A stretch of 64,000 nt of DNA, taken from assembly GCA_963814585.1 (NCBI GenBank), contig CAWFDF010000009.1:1-64000 (forward strand), read 5' to 3'. The position numbers were made by a program, and so were the translations under genes. Under the pieces are notes generated by a model. That model did not search any database. It was not told the origin of the DNA and saw only the letters and a program-made list of their open reading frames with translations. Positions 41,393-51,694 of this stretch are shown here, one piece after another (the stretch's first letter is position 1; every line of letters begins with the position of its first letter). This DNA comes from an uncultured delta proteobacterium. Its GTDB lineage: Bacteria; Myxococcota; Myxococcia; Myxococcales; Anaeromyxobacteraceae.

Positions 41393-42547
41393 ATGTCCAG
41401 CGCCGTCGCCTTCGAGCCGTTCAGCGAGGAGCACCAGGCCTTCCGCCGCACCGTCCGCGAGTTCGCCGAGAAGGAGCTGGCGCCGCACGCCCGCGAGTGG
41501 GACGAGGCCGGCGAGTTCCCGCGCTCGCTCTTCCGCCGGTTCGGCGAGCTCGGCCTCCTCGGCATCCGCCACGACCCGGCCTGGGGCGGCTCCGGCCTCG
41601 ACTACTGGTACGTGGTGGCCTACGCCGAGGAGCTGGTGCGCGCCAGGAACGGCGGCCTCGGCACCGCCATGCTGGTGCAGGGCGAGATGGCCACCCCCAT
41701 CATCGGCGACCTCGGCAGCGACGAGCAGAAGCGGGAGTTCCTGGCCCCGGCGCTCTCGGGCGAGAAGGTCGCGGCGCTGGCCATCTCCGAGCCCAACGCC
41801 GGGTCGGACGTGGCCTCGATCACCACCTCGGCCCGGCACGACGGCGACGACCTGGTCATCAACGGCTCGAAGATGTGGATCTCCAACGGCGCCCGCGCCG
41901 ACTTCCTCACCCTGGCGGTGCGGACCGGCGAGCCGGGCTACGGCGGGATCTCGCTCTGCACCTTCCCCACCGACGTGCCGGGGTTCTCGGTCTCCAGGAA
42001 GCTGGAGAAGGTGGGCAACCTCTCCTCCGACACCGCCATCCTCTACTTCGACGACTGCCGCATCCCGGCCCGCTACCTGCTCGGCGAGGAGCACCAGGGG
42101 TTCCTGCAGATCATGACCGGCTTCCAGGGCGAGCGGCTGGTGGCGGCGCTGACCGCGGTCGCCGGCGCCCAGCTCATGCTCGACGGGGCCATGGCCTACG
42201 GGCAGGAGCGCACCGCCTTCGGGCGGCCCATCGCCAGCTTCCAGGTCTGGCGCCACAAGTTCGCCGAGCACCTGGCCGCGGTCGAGGCGGCGCGGTGGCT
42301 CACCTACCGGGCCGCCGACCTGTTCAACCGCAAGCAGCTGGCGGTGAAGGAGATCTCCATGGCCAAGCTGGTGGCCTGCGACCTGGTGCAGGAGGTGGCC
42401 TATGACTGCATGCAGTTCCACGGCGGCATGGGCTACGTGGTCGAGAGCGACATCGCCCGGGCCTGGCGCGACGTGCGGGCGCTCCCCATCGCCGGGGGCA
42501 CCGCCGAGATCATGAAGGAGATCATCTCCAAGCTGGTCGGACTCTAG
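41393..42547 (+). CDS. Acyl-CoA dehydrogenase
   Basis: ALAISEPNAGSD, NGSKMWISNG, QFHGGMGY, IAGGTAEIM. Confidence 0.93.
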   Translation: MSSAVAFEPFSEEHQAFRRTVREFAEKELAPHAREWDEAGEFPRSLFRRFGELGLLGIRHDPAWGGSGLDYWYVVAYAEELVRARNGGLGTAMLVQGEMATPIIGDLGSDEQKREFLAPALSGEKVAALAISEPNAGSDVASITTSARHDGDDLVINGSKMWISNGARADFLTLAVRTGEPGYGGISLCTFPTDVPGFSVSRKLEKVGNLSSDTAILYFDDCRIPARYLLGEEHQGFLQIMTGFQGERLVAALTAVAGAQLMLDGAMAYGQERTAFGRPIASFQVWRHKFAEHLAAVEAARWLTYRAADLFNRKQLAVKEISMAKLVACDLVQEVAYDCMQFHGGMGYVVESDIARAWRDVRALPIAGGTAEIMKEIISKLVGL

Positions 42548-42620
42548 TGGCAGGCGCGCTCGAGCTCCGCGGCGCGGCGCCGCCCGCCCCGATGACGCTC
42601 GGCGGGGAGCGGCGCCGCAC

Positions 42621-43277
42621 GTGACCGGGGCGAGGCGCGAGGTCATCTGCGGTGACGGCGTCGAGCTCCTGCGGCGCGGGCACCTCCCGGCGGACCACGC
42701 CGTGGTCACCTCGCTCCCCGACCTGTCGGAGCTGCCGGCGCTCGGCCTGGAAGGCTGGCGAGCCTGGTTCGTCGAGACCGCGTCGCTGGCCTGCGCCGCG
42801 GTGGCCGACGAGGCGGTGGCGGTCTTCTACCAGACCGACGTGAAGCTGGACGGGCGCTGGATCGACAAGGGGCACCTCGTCCTCGCCGGCGCCGAGCGGG
42901 CCGGGGCCCACCTCCTCTGGCACAAGGTGGTCTGCCGCGCCCCGCCCGGCACGACGACCTACGGCCGCCCGGCCTTCGCCCACCTGCTCTGCCTGTCGCG
43001 AGGCCTCCGGCTCCCACCCGGCCGCTCCACGCCCGACGTCCTCCCTCGCCTCGGGGAGATGACGTGGGCCCGCGCCATGGGGCGCGAGGCCTGCGAGGCG
43101 GTGGCGCGCTTCCTCGTCGCCGACACCCGCTGCCGCGTGGTGGTCGACCCCTTCTGCGGCCTCGGCGGCATGCTGGCGGTGGCCAACGCCCACGGGCTCG
43201 ACGCCCTCGGCGTGGAGCGCTCGCCGAAGCGCGCCGAGCGGGCGCGCCGGCTGGTCCTCGGGCCCTCGCCCGGGTGA
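42621..43277 (+). CDS. Methyltransferase-like protein (N4/N6 DNA methylase-like motif order)
   Basis: VVTSLPD near the N-terminus; VVDPFCGLG...ALGVE near the C-terminus. Confidence 0.65.
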   Translation: MTGARREVICGDGVELLRRGHLPADHAVVTSLPDLSELPALGLEGWRAWFVETASLACAAVADEAVAVFYQTDVKLDGRWIDKGHLVLAGAERAGAHLLWHKVVCRAPPGTTTYGRPAFAHLLCLSRGLRLPPGRSTPDVLPRLGEMTWARAMGREACEAVARFLVADTRCRVVVDPFCGLGGMLAVANAHGLDALGVERSPKRAERARRLVLGPSPG

Positions 43278-43384
43278 CCACGGCGCCACGGCGGGCCCCA
43301 CGCCGCGGCGCGTAAAGCCTGGAGCCCGTCCTTTGGCTATGGTGCCGCGCTCCGTTCGCGCTGCCCGCCTCGCCGAGGACCCCG

Positions 43385-44509
43385 ATGACCCACGCCGCCA
43401 TCACCGGGTGGGGCAAGTGCCTGCCCCCCGCCGTGCTCACCAACGCCGATCTCGGCACCTTCCTCGAGACCGACGACGAGTGGATCGTCAGCCGCACCGG
43501 GATGAAGGAGCGCCGCATCTCGCACGTCTCGCTGGGCGAGCTGGCGCTGGTGGCGTCGTCGCGGGCCCTGGCCTGCGCCGGGCTCGACGCGGCGGCGGTC
43601 GACCTCATCATCGTCGGCAGCACCATCGGCGACGAGCTGGCGCCCAACGTGGCCTCGGGGCTCCAGCTCCGCCTCGGGGCGGCCAACGCCGCCGCCATGG
43701 ATCTCAACACCGCCTGCACCAGCTTCCTCTACGGCCTCTCAACCGCCACCGGCCTGATCCGCACCGGCGTGGTCAGGACGGCGCTGGTGGTGGGCGGCGA
43801 GGTCCCCACCCCGTTCATGGACTGGGAGGACCGCAACACCGCGGTGCTCTTCGGCGACGGCTGCGGCGCCGTGGTGCTGCAGGCCACCGATCGGGAGGAG
43901 GGGTTGCTGGCCGAGAAGCTCGGCTGCTACGCCGACGCCCGCGGCGCGCTCGACATCCGCGGCGTGGGCGGCCGCTTCGCCAACCGCGGCATCCCCTACG
44001 GCCACACCCGCTGGATCTTCGAGGGGCCGGAGATCTTCAAGCGCGCCGTGATCGGCATGGCCCAGGCCGGGCAGGACGCCCTGGCGAAGCGCGGCCTCGC
44101 CGTCGGCGACGTGGACCTGGTGGTCCCGCACCAGGCCAACCTGCGCATCATCGACGCGGTGGGGCGGCGGCTGGGCGTCGATCCCGGCAAGGTGTTCGTC
44201 AACGTCCACCGCTACGCCAACATGTCGGCGGCCACCGTCCCGGTGGCCCTGGTGGAGGCGCTGGAGGAGGGCCGGGTCCGGCCGGGCGCCACGCTGCTCC
44301 TGCCCGCCTTCGGGGCCGGCCTCACCTGGTGCGCCCACCTGGTGCGCTGGGGCGAGCGCATCACGCCGCTCGGCGCCAGCGCCGCGGAGCTGCCGCCCTG
44401 CGGCCAGACCGGCCTCGAGCTGGTCGACGAGCTGCGGGCCCGCCGCGCCGGCCACGCCGCCGCCGCCCGGGCCAGCATCGAGGCGGCCCAGGGGCTGTTC
44501 CAGGGGTAG
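43385..44509 (+). CDS. fabH: Beta-ketoacyl-ACP synthase III
   Basis: Cys-His-Asn triad: TACTSF, PHQAN, YANMS; AFGAGLTW. Confidence 0.9.
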   Translation: MTHAAITGWGKCLPPAVLTNADLGTFLETDDEWIVSRTGMKERRISHVSLGELALVASSRALACAGLDAAAVDLIIVGSTIGDELAPNVASGLQLRLGAANAAAMDLNTACTSFLYGLSTATGLIRTGVVRTALVVGGEVPTPFMDWEDRNTAVLFGDGCGAVVLQATDREEGLLAEKLGCYADARGALDIRGVGGRFANRGIPYGHTRWIFEGPEIFKRAVIGMAQAGQDALAKRGLAVGDVDLVVPHQANLRIIDAVGRRLGVDPGKVFVNVHRYANMSAATVPVALVEALEEGRVRPGATLLLPAFGAGLTWCAHLVRWGERITPLGASAAELPPCGQTGLELVDELRARRAGHAAAARASIEAAQGLFQG

Positions 44510-44706
44510 CCGGTCGCCGAGGCCCGGCCGCGCCCTTGGACACCCAGCACCTTGCCGGGCGCGAAACGGATTTTCCCGGCTTGATCGCCCTCCCCGGGGG
44601 AACCGGCGATTCCGCCGCCGGGAGGAGGGCAATCGGCGCCCCGGCCGACTAGTTCCCTCACCGGAGACGAGGCCCCGACCCGTCCCGGAAGGAGATCCTC
44701 GTCGAG

Positions 44707-46537
44707 ATGACCACCGCACAACTCGAGGCGACGCGCCGGGCCCCGCCGCTCCCTCGCGCCGTCGTGAACGACTTCGCCGTCCAGGTGGCCACCGTCAACG
44801 GCTCGGGCTCGCAGAGCGCCAACACCGTGCTGCTCCGGGCGCTGTTCCAGATGGGGCTCCCGGTCTCCGCCAAGAACCTCTTCCCCTCCAACATCGCCGG
44901 CCTCCCGACCTGGTACACGATCCGCGTCTCCCGCGACGGCTGGGTGGCACGCAAGAAGGACGTCGACCTCCTGGTCGCCATGAACGGGGAGACCGCCCGG
45001 CAGGACGTCGCCTCGCTCCTCCCCGGCGCCGCCGTCGTCTACGACTCGCCGCTGGAGCTGGAGTCGCTGCGCTCCGACCTGATCTTCTACCCGGTCCCAT
45101 TCGACGACCTGGTCGAGCCGGTCACCTCGGACGCGCGCCTGCGCAAGCTGCTGCGCAACATGGTCTACGTCGGCGTGCTGGCCAGCCTGCTGGGGATCGA
45201 GCTCGCCGAGGTGGAGCGCGCCCTGGGGCGGGTGTTCGGCCAGAAGGCCCGGGCGCTCGAGCTGAACCTGCGCGCGGTCCGGCGCCGGCTTCGAGCACGC
45301 CGCCACCATCGAGAAGCGCGACCCCTACCGGGTCGAGCGGATGGACGCCACCGGCGGCAAGATCATCGTCGACGGCAACGCCGCCACCGCCCTGGGCGCC
45401 CTCTTCGCCGGCGTGACCGTGGTGACCTGGTACCCCATCACCCCGTCCACCTCCGTGGTGGAGTCGCTCCACGGCTACCTGGAGCAGCACCGGCGCACCC
45501 CCGACGGCCAGGCCACCTTCGCGGTGCTGCAGGCCGAGGACGAGCTGGCCGCCATCGGCATGGTGATGGGCGCCGGCTGGGCTGGGGCCCGGGCCATGAC
45601 GGCCACCAGCGGCCCGGGCGTCTCGCTCATGGCGGAGTTCGCCGGGCTGGGGTACTTCGCCGAGGTGCCGGCGGTGATCGTCGACGTGCAGCGGGTCGGG
45701 CCGTCGACCGGCCTGCCCACCCGGACCTCGCAGGGCGACCTGCTCTCGACCGCCTTCCTCTCCCACGGCGACACCCAGCACCTGCTGCTCTTCCCCGGCT
45801 CGGTGGAGGAGTGCTTCACCATGACCGGCCTGGCCTTCGACCTGGCCGAGCGCTTCCAGACGCCGGTCTTCGTCCTCTCCGACCTCGACCTGGGGATGAA
45901 TCCGTGGATGTCCGAGCCGCTCCCCTACCCGGAGACCCCGCTCGACCGCGGCAAGGTGCTGTCGAAGGCCGACCTGGACCGGCTGGGCGGCTTCGCCCGC
46001 TACCGTGACGTCGACGGCGACGGCATCGGCTGGAGGACGCTGCCGGGCACCGACCACCCGCGCGCCGCCTACTTCACCCGCGGCACCGGCCACGACGACC
46101 AGGCCGTCTACAGCGAGCGCTCCGACGTCTTCGAGCAGAACATGGCGCGGCTGCGCCGGAAGCTCGAGGGGGCGCGTCCGGCGCTGCCCCAGCCGGTGCT
46201 CACCGGCACCGGAGCCGGCCTCGGCCTGCTGGCCCACGGCTCCTCCGACCCGGCCGTGCGCGAGGCGCTGGCCCAGCTCCACCTGGAGGCCGGGCTCGTC
46301 GCCGACTACCTGCGGGTCCGGGCCTGGCCCTTCGCGGCGGCGGTGCGCGACTTCGTGGCCGCCCACGACCGGGTCTACGTCGTGGAGCAGGACCGCGACG
46401 CGCAGCTGCTGGCGCTGCTCCGCCTCGACCTCGAGCCGGCCCTGGCCGGTCGGCTCCGGTCGGTGGCCCACGTCACCGGGCTGCCGCTCGACGCCCGCTC
46501 CGTCTCCGACGAGATCCTGGCCCAGGAGGGGCGCTGA
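44707..46537 (+). CDS. 2-oxoacid:ferredoxin oxidoreductase alpha subunit, one frameshift near 45280
   Basis: NGSGSQSAN, WYPITPSTS, QAEDELAA, TATSGPG, QRVGPSTGLPT. Confidence 0.9.
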
Positions 46538-46538
46538 C

Positions 46539-47579
46539 ATGGCCACCCCGACCGCCGCGGCACCGCGCGCCAACCGGCTCGGCCTCGCCGTCCTCGACTA
46601 CAAGGGGGGCAGGACCACCCTCTGCGCCGGCTGCGGCCACAACGCCATCTCCGAGCGGATCCTCGAGGCCTACTTCGAGCTGGGCATCCCGCCCGAGCAG
46701 GTGGCCAAGTTCTCCGGCATCGGCTGCTCCTCCAAGACCCCGGCCTACTTCATGAGCCGCTCGCACGCCTTCAACGCCGTGCACGGCCGCATGCCGGCGG
46801 TGGCCACCGGGGCGCTGCTCGCCAACCGCACCCTCCGCGGGGTGGGCGTCTCCGGCGACGGCGACACCGCGTCGATCGGCATCGGCCAGTTCGTCCACCT
46901 GGTCCGGCGCAACGTGCCCATGGTCTACGTGGTCGAGAACAACGGCGTCTACGGCCTGACCAAGGGACAGTTCTCCGCCACCGCCGATCCGGGTTCGACC
47001 TTGAAGTCCGGCGCGGTCGCCGACCTGGCCGCCATCGACATCTGCGCGCTGGCCATCCAGCTGGGCGCCAGCTTCGTGGGGCGCTCCTTCTCGGGCGACA
47101 AGAAGCAGCTCTCGGCGATGCTCAAGGCCGCGGTGGCCCACCGGGGAACCGCCCTGCTCGACGTCATCAGCCCGTGCGTCACCTTCAACGACCACGAGGG
47201 CTCGACCAAGAGCTACGCCTTCGTCAAGGAGCACGACGAGCCGCTCCACGAGCTCTCCTTCGTGCCGTCCTTCGAGGAGATCGACGTCGACTACGACCCC
47301 GGCACCACCCAGGACGTGACGCTCCACGACGGCTCCCACCTCCGGCTGCGCAAGCTGGAGGCCGGCTACGATCCCTCGGATCGGATCCGGGCCATTTCGC
47401 GCCTCATGGAGTCGGCGCTCGCCAGCGACGTGCTGACCGGCGTGCTGTTCCTCGATCCCGGGGCCCCCGACCTGGTCTCGCGCCTCGGCCTGGTCGAGGC
47501 GCCCCTGGCGACGCTCGGCGAGGAGCAGGTGCGCCCGCCCCGCGCCGTCCTCGACGCCATCAACGCCTCCCTGCGGTAG
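46539..47579 (+). CDS. 2-oxoacid:ferredoxin oxidoreductase beta subunit
   Basis: CAGCGH, SGIGCS, HGR, GDGD..NN TPP motif, SPCVTFN. Confidence 0.93.
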   Translation: MATPTAAAPRANRLGLAVLDYKGGRTTLCAGCGHNAISERILEAYFELGIPPEQVAKFSGIGCSSKTPAYFMSRSHAFNAVHGRMPAVATGALLANRTLRGVGVSGDGDTASIGIGQFVHLVRRNVPMVYVVENNGVYGLTKGQFSATADPGSTLKSGAVADLAAIDICALAIQLGASFVGRSFSGDKKQLSAMLKAAVAHRGTALLDVISPCVTFNDHEGSTKSYAFVKEHDEPLHELSFVPSFEEIDVDYDPGTTQDVTLHDGSHLRLRKLEAGYDPSDRIRAISRLMESALASDVLTGVLFLDPGAPDLVSRLGLVEAPLATLGEEQVRPPRAVLDAINASLR

Positions 47580-47603
47580 GGTCGCGGGCGGGAGGTAGCG
47601 GCG

Positions 47604-48536
47604 ATGGAGCGAGTGGTGGCGGTGATCGGCGCCGGCGTGATGGGGCACGGCATCGCCCAGCTCTTCGCCCAGGCCGGCTCGGCGGTGAGGCTGCACGACC
47701 TCGGGGAGCGGCAGCTGGCGGGCGGGCTGGCCGCCATGGAGGAGTCGCTGGCGCTGCTCGTCGAGGAGGAGGTGCTCTCCCCCTGGGAGGCGGCGTCGGC
47801 GCGGGCCCGGGTCCGGCCCACGACCAGCCTGGACGCGGCGCTGGCCGGGGCCGGCCTGGTGGTCGAGGCCATCCCCGAGGTGCTGGAGGCGAAGCTGGAG
47901 CTCTTCGACCGGATCGAGCGGGTGGTGGACGGGGAGGCCCTCGTCGTCTCCAACACCTCGACCATCCCCGTCAGCCGGCTGGCCCGGCGGGCGGGGCGGC
48001 CGGAGCGGATGGCCGTCACCCACTTCTTCAACCCGGCCCAGCTGGTCCCGCTGGTGGAGGTGCTGCCGCACCCGCGCATGCCGCCGGCGGCGGTGGAGCG
48101 GGTGCTGGAGGCGATGCGGCGCATCGGGAAGCGCCCGGTGCTGCTGCGCAAGGAGGCGCCGGGCTTCGTGGCCAACCGGCTCCAGGCGGCCGTGGTGCGC
48201 GAGGCCTTCCACCTCGTCGAGCTGGGCGTGGTCAGCCTGGAGGACGTCGACGCCGTGGTGACCGAGGGGCCGGGCTTCCGCTGGTCCTTCATCGGCCCCG
48301 CCGAGGCGGCCGACCTCGGGGGCCTCGACACCTGGCAGCGGGTGCTGGACAACCTGGCGCCGGAGCTGTCGCGCGCCGAGCGGGCGCCGGCGGCCATCCG
48401 CTCCAGCGTCGATCGCGGCGACCTGGGGGCGAAGTCGGGGCGCGGCCTCTTCGAGCATGCCCCCAGCACGCTGGCGGGGCGGATCCGGGCGCGGGACCGC
48501 TTCCTGGTCCGGCTGGCGAAGCTGAAGCGGGGGTGA
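47604..48536 (+). CDS. 3-hydroxyacyl-CoA dehydrogenase family protein
   Basis: GAGVMGHG, SNTS, HFFNP, GFVANRLQ. Confidence 0.92.
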   Translation: MERVVAVIGAGVMGHGIAQLFAQAGSAVRLHDLGERQLAGGLAAMEESLALLVEEEVLSPWEAASARARVRPTTSLDAALAGAGLVVEAIPEVLEAKLELFDRIERVVDGEALVVSNTSTIPVSRLARRAGRPERMAVTHFFNPAQLVPLVEVLPHPRMPPAAVERVLEAMRRIGKRPVLLRKEAPGFVANRLQAAVVREAFHLVELGVVSLEDVDAVVTEGPGFRWSFIGPAEAADLGGLDTWQRVLDNLAPELSRAERAPAAIRSSVDRGDLGAKSGRGLFEHAPSTLAGRIRARDRFLVRLAKLKRG

Positions 48537-48617
48537 GGGTGGGTCGCCGCTGGGAGCCATGAAGACGCCGGGTGGCGGGCCGGCGGCGGCCCACCACCCG
48601 GGGAATGGTCGGCCCTG

Positions 48618-48878
48618 CTACTTCTTCAGCCCGGCCACGTAGTCGGCCACGGCGGCGGCGTCGTCGATCTTCACCGGCTTCATCTTCCCCTGGCCCTCGT
48701 TGATGATCTTGAGGGTCTTGGCCGAGGCCGTCCCGGCGATGGGCTTCGCGTACATCTTGGCCCCCACGCCCTCCTTGCCGTGGCAGGCCGCGCACTTCTT
48801 CGCGAAGGTCTCGGCTCCGTCGGCGAGGGCGGTGGAGGCGAGGAGGAGGGCGGCGACGGCGAACACGACGCGCTTCAT
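48618..48878 (-). CDS. Small monoheme cytochrome c
   Basis: Signal peptide, CAACH, distal GKM. Confidence 0.88.
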   Translation of the reverse strand: MKRVVFAVAALLLASTALADGAETFAKKCAACHGKEGVGAKMYAKPIAGTASAKTLKIINEGQGKMKPVKIDDAAAVADYVAGLKK

Positions 48879-49067
48879 GGGTAATCCTTTCGAGGGACGG
48901 TTGGCGCTGCTGCGGCAGGATAGCGCATCCCCTTCCGGGGCGCACGCCATCCAGGCGAATGGGTCAGCTCGGGGCCCTACGACCTCTCCGACGGCCCGGC
49001 GTGCTGCCACATTCACCGCCCGGGTCCGGTCGGGCGCGGCTTCGACGCCGCGTCGGGGCCCTCCGGG

Positions 49068-50825
49068 TCACGGCGCCAGCAGGTCCCAGCCGTAGGCCTC
49101 GCGCTCCAGCGCGTCGTCGGCCAGCGAGGTGACCAGCGCGTCGTCGTTGGAGTCGACCCGGTGCAGGTTGCCGCGGATCCGGCTGCGCGCCGCGCGCGAG
49201 AAGACCCGGGCGATCTCCAGCTCGCGGGCCGCTCCCTTGTCGCCCCGCCGCTCCAGCGAGGCGGTGACGCGGGAGAGGACGCAGGCGGTGACGAAGAGGT
49301 CGATGAGCACGTCGGCGATCCGCCTGGAGACGAGCTGCTTGCCGATGATCTCCTTGCCATGTCGGCGCAGCTCGCGGTCGGCCACCCAGGCCACCTCGCG
49401 CACCAGCCCCTCGTAGTGCTCGCCGACCTCGGCCAGCGCCGGGTGGAGCTTGCTGAAGCTCCGCTTCTCGCCGACCAGGCCGGTCCGGATGGTGGCGTGC
49501 TTCATGGCGTAGTCGGAGAGGACGCCGAAGCCCTTGATGGGATCGTTCATGGCCCCCTTCAGCCCCTGGGCCAGCTCCTTGAGCTGGGTGCCGACCCGGT
49601 TCAGGGCGGTGAGAGCGATGAAGAGGCGGAGGATCTCGTTGGTGCCCTCGAAGATCCGGTTGATGCGGACGTCGCGGAGGATCCGCTCGTAGGGGAACTC
49701 GCGCATGTAGCCGTTGCCGCCGGCCACCTGCAGCGCCTCGTCGGCCGAGCGCCAGAGCGCCTCGGTGGCGAAGACCTTGGAGATGGCGGCCTCGACGGCG
49801 TAGTCCTCGTAGCCCTGGTCGGAGAGGCCGGCCACCACCCCCACCACGCTCTCGGTGGCATAGGCGTCGACCACCATCTCGCCCAGCTTCTGCTTCACCA
49901 GCCCGAACTCGGCGATGGGGCGTCCGAACTGGCGCCGCTCCTTGGCCTGCCGGGCCGTCATCTTGATGAGCGTCCGCATCCCGCCCACGCAGCCGCCGCC
50001 CAGCCCGGAGCGGCCGGCGTTGAGGATCTTCATGGCCGCCTTGAAGCCCTGCCCCACCTCGCCGAGCACGTGCTCGTCGGCCAGCTTGACGTCCTCGAAG
50101 ACCACGGTGGTGGTGTTGGAGGCCCGGATGCCCATCTTGTCCTCGTGCGGACCGGTCGAGACGCCGGGCAGGTCGCGCGGGACGATGAAGGCCGTCATGT
50201 GGGCCTTGCCGTCGCCGTTGCCCGAGGGCGTCTTGGCGAAGACCGTGTAGAAGCCGGCGATGCCGCCGTTGGTGATCCAGAGCTTCTCGCCGTTGAGGAC
50301 CCAGCCCCCGCCCTCGCGCCTGGCGTGGGTCCGGATCGAGGCGGCGTCGGAGCCGGCGCCCGGCTCGGTGAGGCAGAAGGCGGCGATCAGCTCGCCGCTG
50401 GCCAGCCTCGGCAGCCAGGTGGCCCGCTGCGCCTCGGTGCCGAAGAGGAGCAGGCCTCGCATGCCGATGGAGCTGTGGGCGCCCACGGTGAGGGCCACCG
50501 AGCCGTCGTGGGTGGCGATCTGCTGCAGCACGCGCGAGTAGGCGGCGGAGCCGAAGCCGAGGCCGCCGTGGGCCTCGGGGACGATGACGCCGAAGAGCCC
50601 GAAGGACTTGAGCTCGTCGAGGAACGCCGGCGGCATCTCGCCCTTCACGTCCCAGGCGCGGAACTCCTTCTCCTTCCCGCCCAGCAGCTGGTCGATGCTG
50701 GCGGCCACCTGCTCCACCAGCTCCCGCTCGCTCGCCTTCATGGTCGGGTAGGGGAAGAGGATCTCCTCCTCGATGCGCCCCATGCAGAGCGACTGGACGA
50801 AGCTGTCGACCTTCTTGTCGATCAC
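49068..50825 (-). CDS. Long (VLCAD/ACAD9-like) acyl-CoA dehydrogenase
   Basis: FCLTEPGAGSD, NGEKLWITNG, RIFEGTNEI; C-terminal extension. Confidence 0.92.
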   Translation of the reverse strand: MIDKKVDSFVQSLCMGRIEEEILFPYPTMKASERELVEQVAASIDQLLGGKEKEFRAWDVKGEMPPAFLDELKSFGLFGVIVPEAHGGLGFGSAAYSRVLQQIATHDGSVALTVGAHSSIGMRGLLLFGTEAQRATWLPRLASGELIAAFCLTEPGAGSDAASIRTHARREGGGWVLNGEKLWITNGGIAGFYTVFAKTPSGNGDGKAHMTAFIVPRDLPGVSTGPHEDKMGIRASNTTTVVFEDVKLADEHVLGEVGQGFKAAMKILNAGRSGLGGGCVGGMRTLIKMTARQAKERRQFGRPIAEFGLVKQKLGEMVVDAYATESVVGVVAGLSDQGYEDYAVEAAISKVFATEALWRSADEALQVAGGNGYMREFPYERILRDVRINRIFEGTNEILRLFIALTALNRVGTQLKELAQGLKGAMNDPIKGFGVLSDYAMKHATIRTGLVGEKRSFSKLHPALAEVGEHYEGLVREVAWVADRELRRHGKEIIGKQLVSRRIADVLIDLFVTACVLSRVTASLERRGDKGAARELEIARVFSRAARSRIRGNLHRVDSNDDALVTSLADDALEREAYGWDLLAP

Positions 50826-50902
50826 GGCGGCCTCCCGGAGGCGGGTCAGGGCCGCACGGTAGCCGGTTCGACGCGCCGCGGCAAGGACGATTGATTCTGA
50901 AA

Positions 50903-51694
50903 TCAGCGCCCCAGCACCGACAGCGCCGCCCCCAGCGCCCCCACCAGCTGCGGCTCGGGGAGCACCCGCACCGGCCGGCCCAGCGCCTCGGACAGCGCCA
51001 CCACCATGGCGGCGTTGAGCGCCACGCCGCCGCTCAGCAGCACCGGGCCGGCGCCGAGCTGGCCCCGGGCCAGCGCCGCCACCCGGGAGGCCAGCGCCAG
51101 GTGCAGGCCGCGGACGATCCCCTCGGCCGGCCGCCCCTCGGCCACCAGCGAGATCACCTCGCTCTCGGCGAAGACGGTGCAGGTGCTGGAGACGGTCACC
51201 GGAGCCTCGGCGCGCGCCGCGTACTCGGCCACCTCGGCCATCGGCACGTGCAGCCGCGCCAGGATCACCTCGAGGAAGCGGCCGGTCCCGGCGGCGCACT
51301 TGTCGTTCATGGAGAAGTCGGTGACGTCGCCGCCCGGGCCGATGGCGATCACCTTGGTGTCCTGCCCGCCCATGTCCACCAGCAGGCCGCCGCCGCCGGC
51401 CAGGGCGTGGGCGCCGCGGGCGTGGCAGGTGATCTCGGTGAGGACGCGCGCCGCCGCCACCCGCTTGCGGCCGTAGCCGGTGGCGCCGACCGGCAGCTCG
51501 GCGCCGGCCTCGGCCCGCAGCGCCGCGACCAGCCGGCCGCTCTGCTCCTCGATGCGCGGGTGGGTCGGCTCGAGCCGCCTCGCCAGCAGCGTGCCGTCCC
51601 GGTCCACCAGCACCGCCTTGCAGCTGGTGCTCCCCACGTCCACGCCGATGGCCGCGCCGGGTCCGGCCGCGCCGCGCTCGCCCCGGGCCGTCAC
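50903..51694 (-). CDS. Acyl-CoA dehydratase activase (HgdC/HadI type ATPase)
   Basis: GVDVGST, TGYGR, DMGGQDTK, MNDKCAAGTG, STCTVFAESE. Confidence 0.92.
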   Translation of the reverse strand: MTARGERGAAGPGAAIGVDVGSTSCKAVLVDRDGTLLARRLEPTHPRIEEQSGRLVAALRAEAGAELPVGATGYGRKRVAAARVLTEITCHARGAHALAGGGGLLVDMGGQDTKVIAIGPGGDVTDFSMNDKCAAGTGRFLEVILARLHVPMAEVAEYAARAEAPVTVSSTCTVFAESEVISLVAEGRPAEGIVRGLHLALASRVAALARGQLGAGPVLLSGGVALNAAMVVALSEALGRPVRVLPEPQLVGALGAALSVLGR

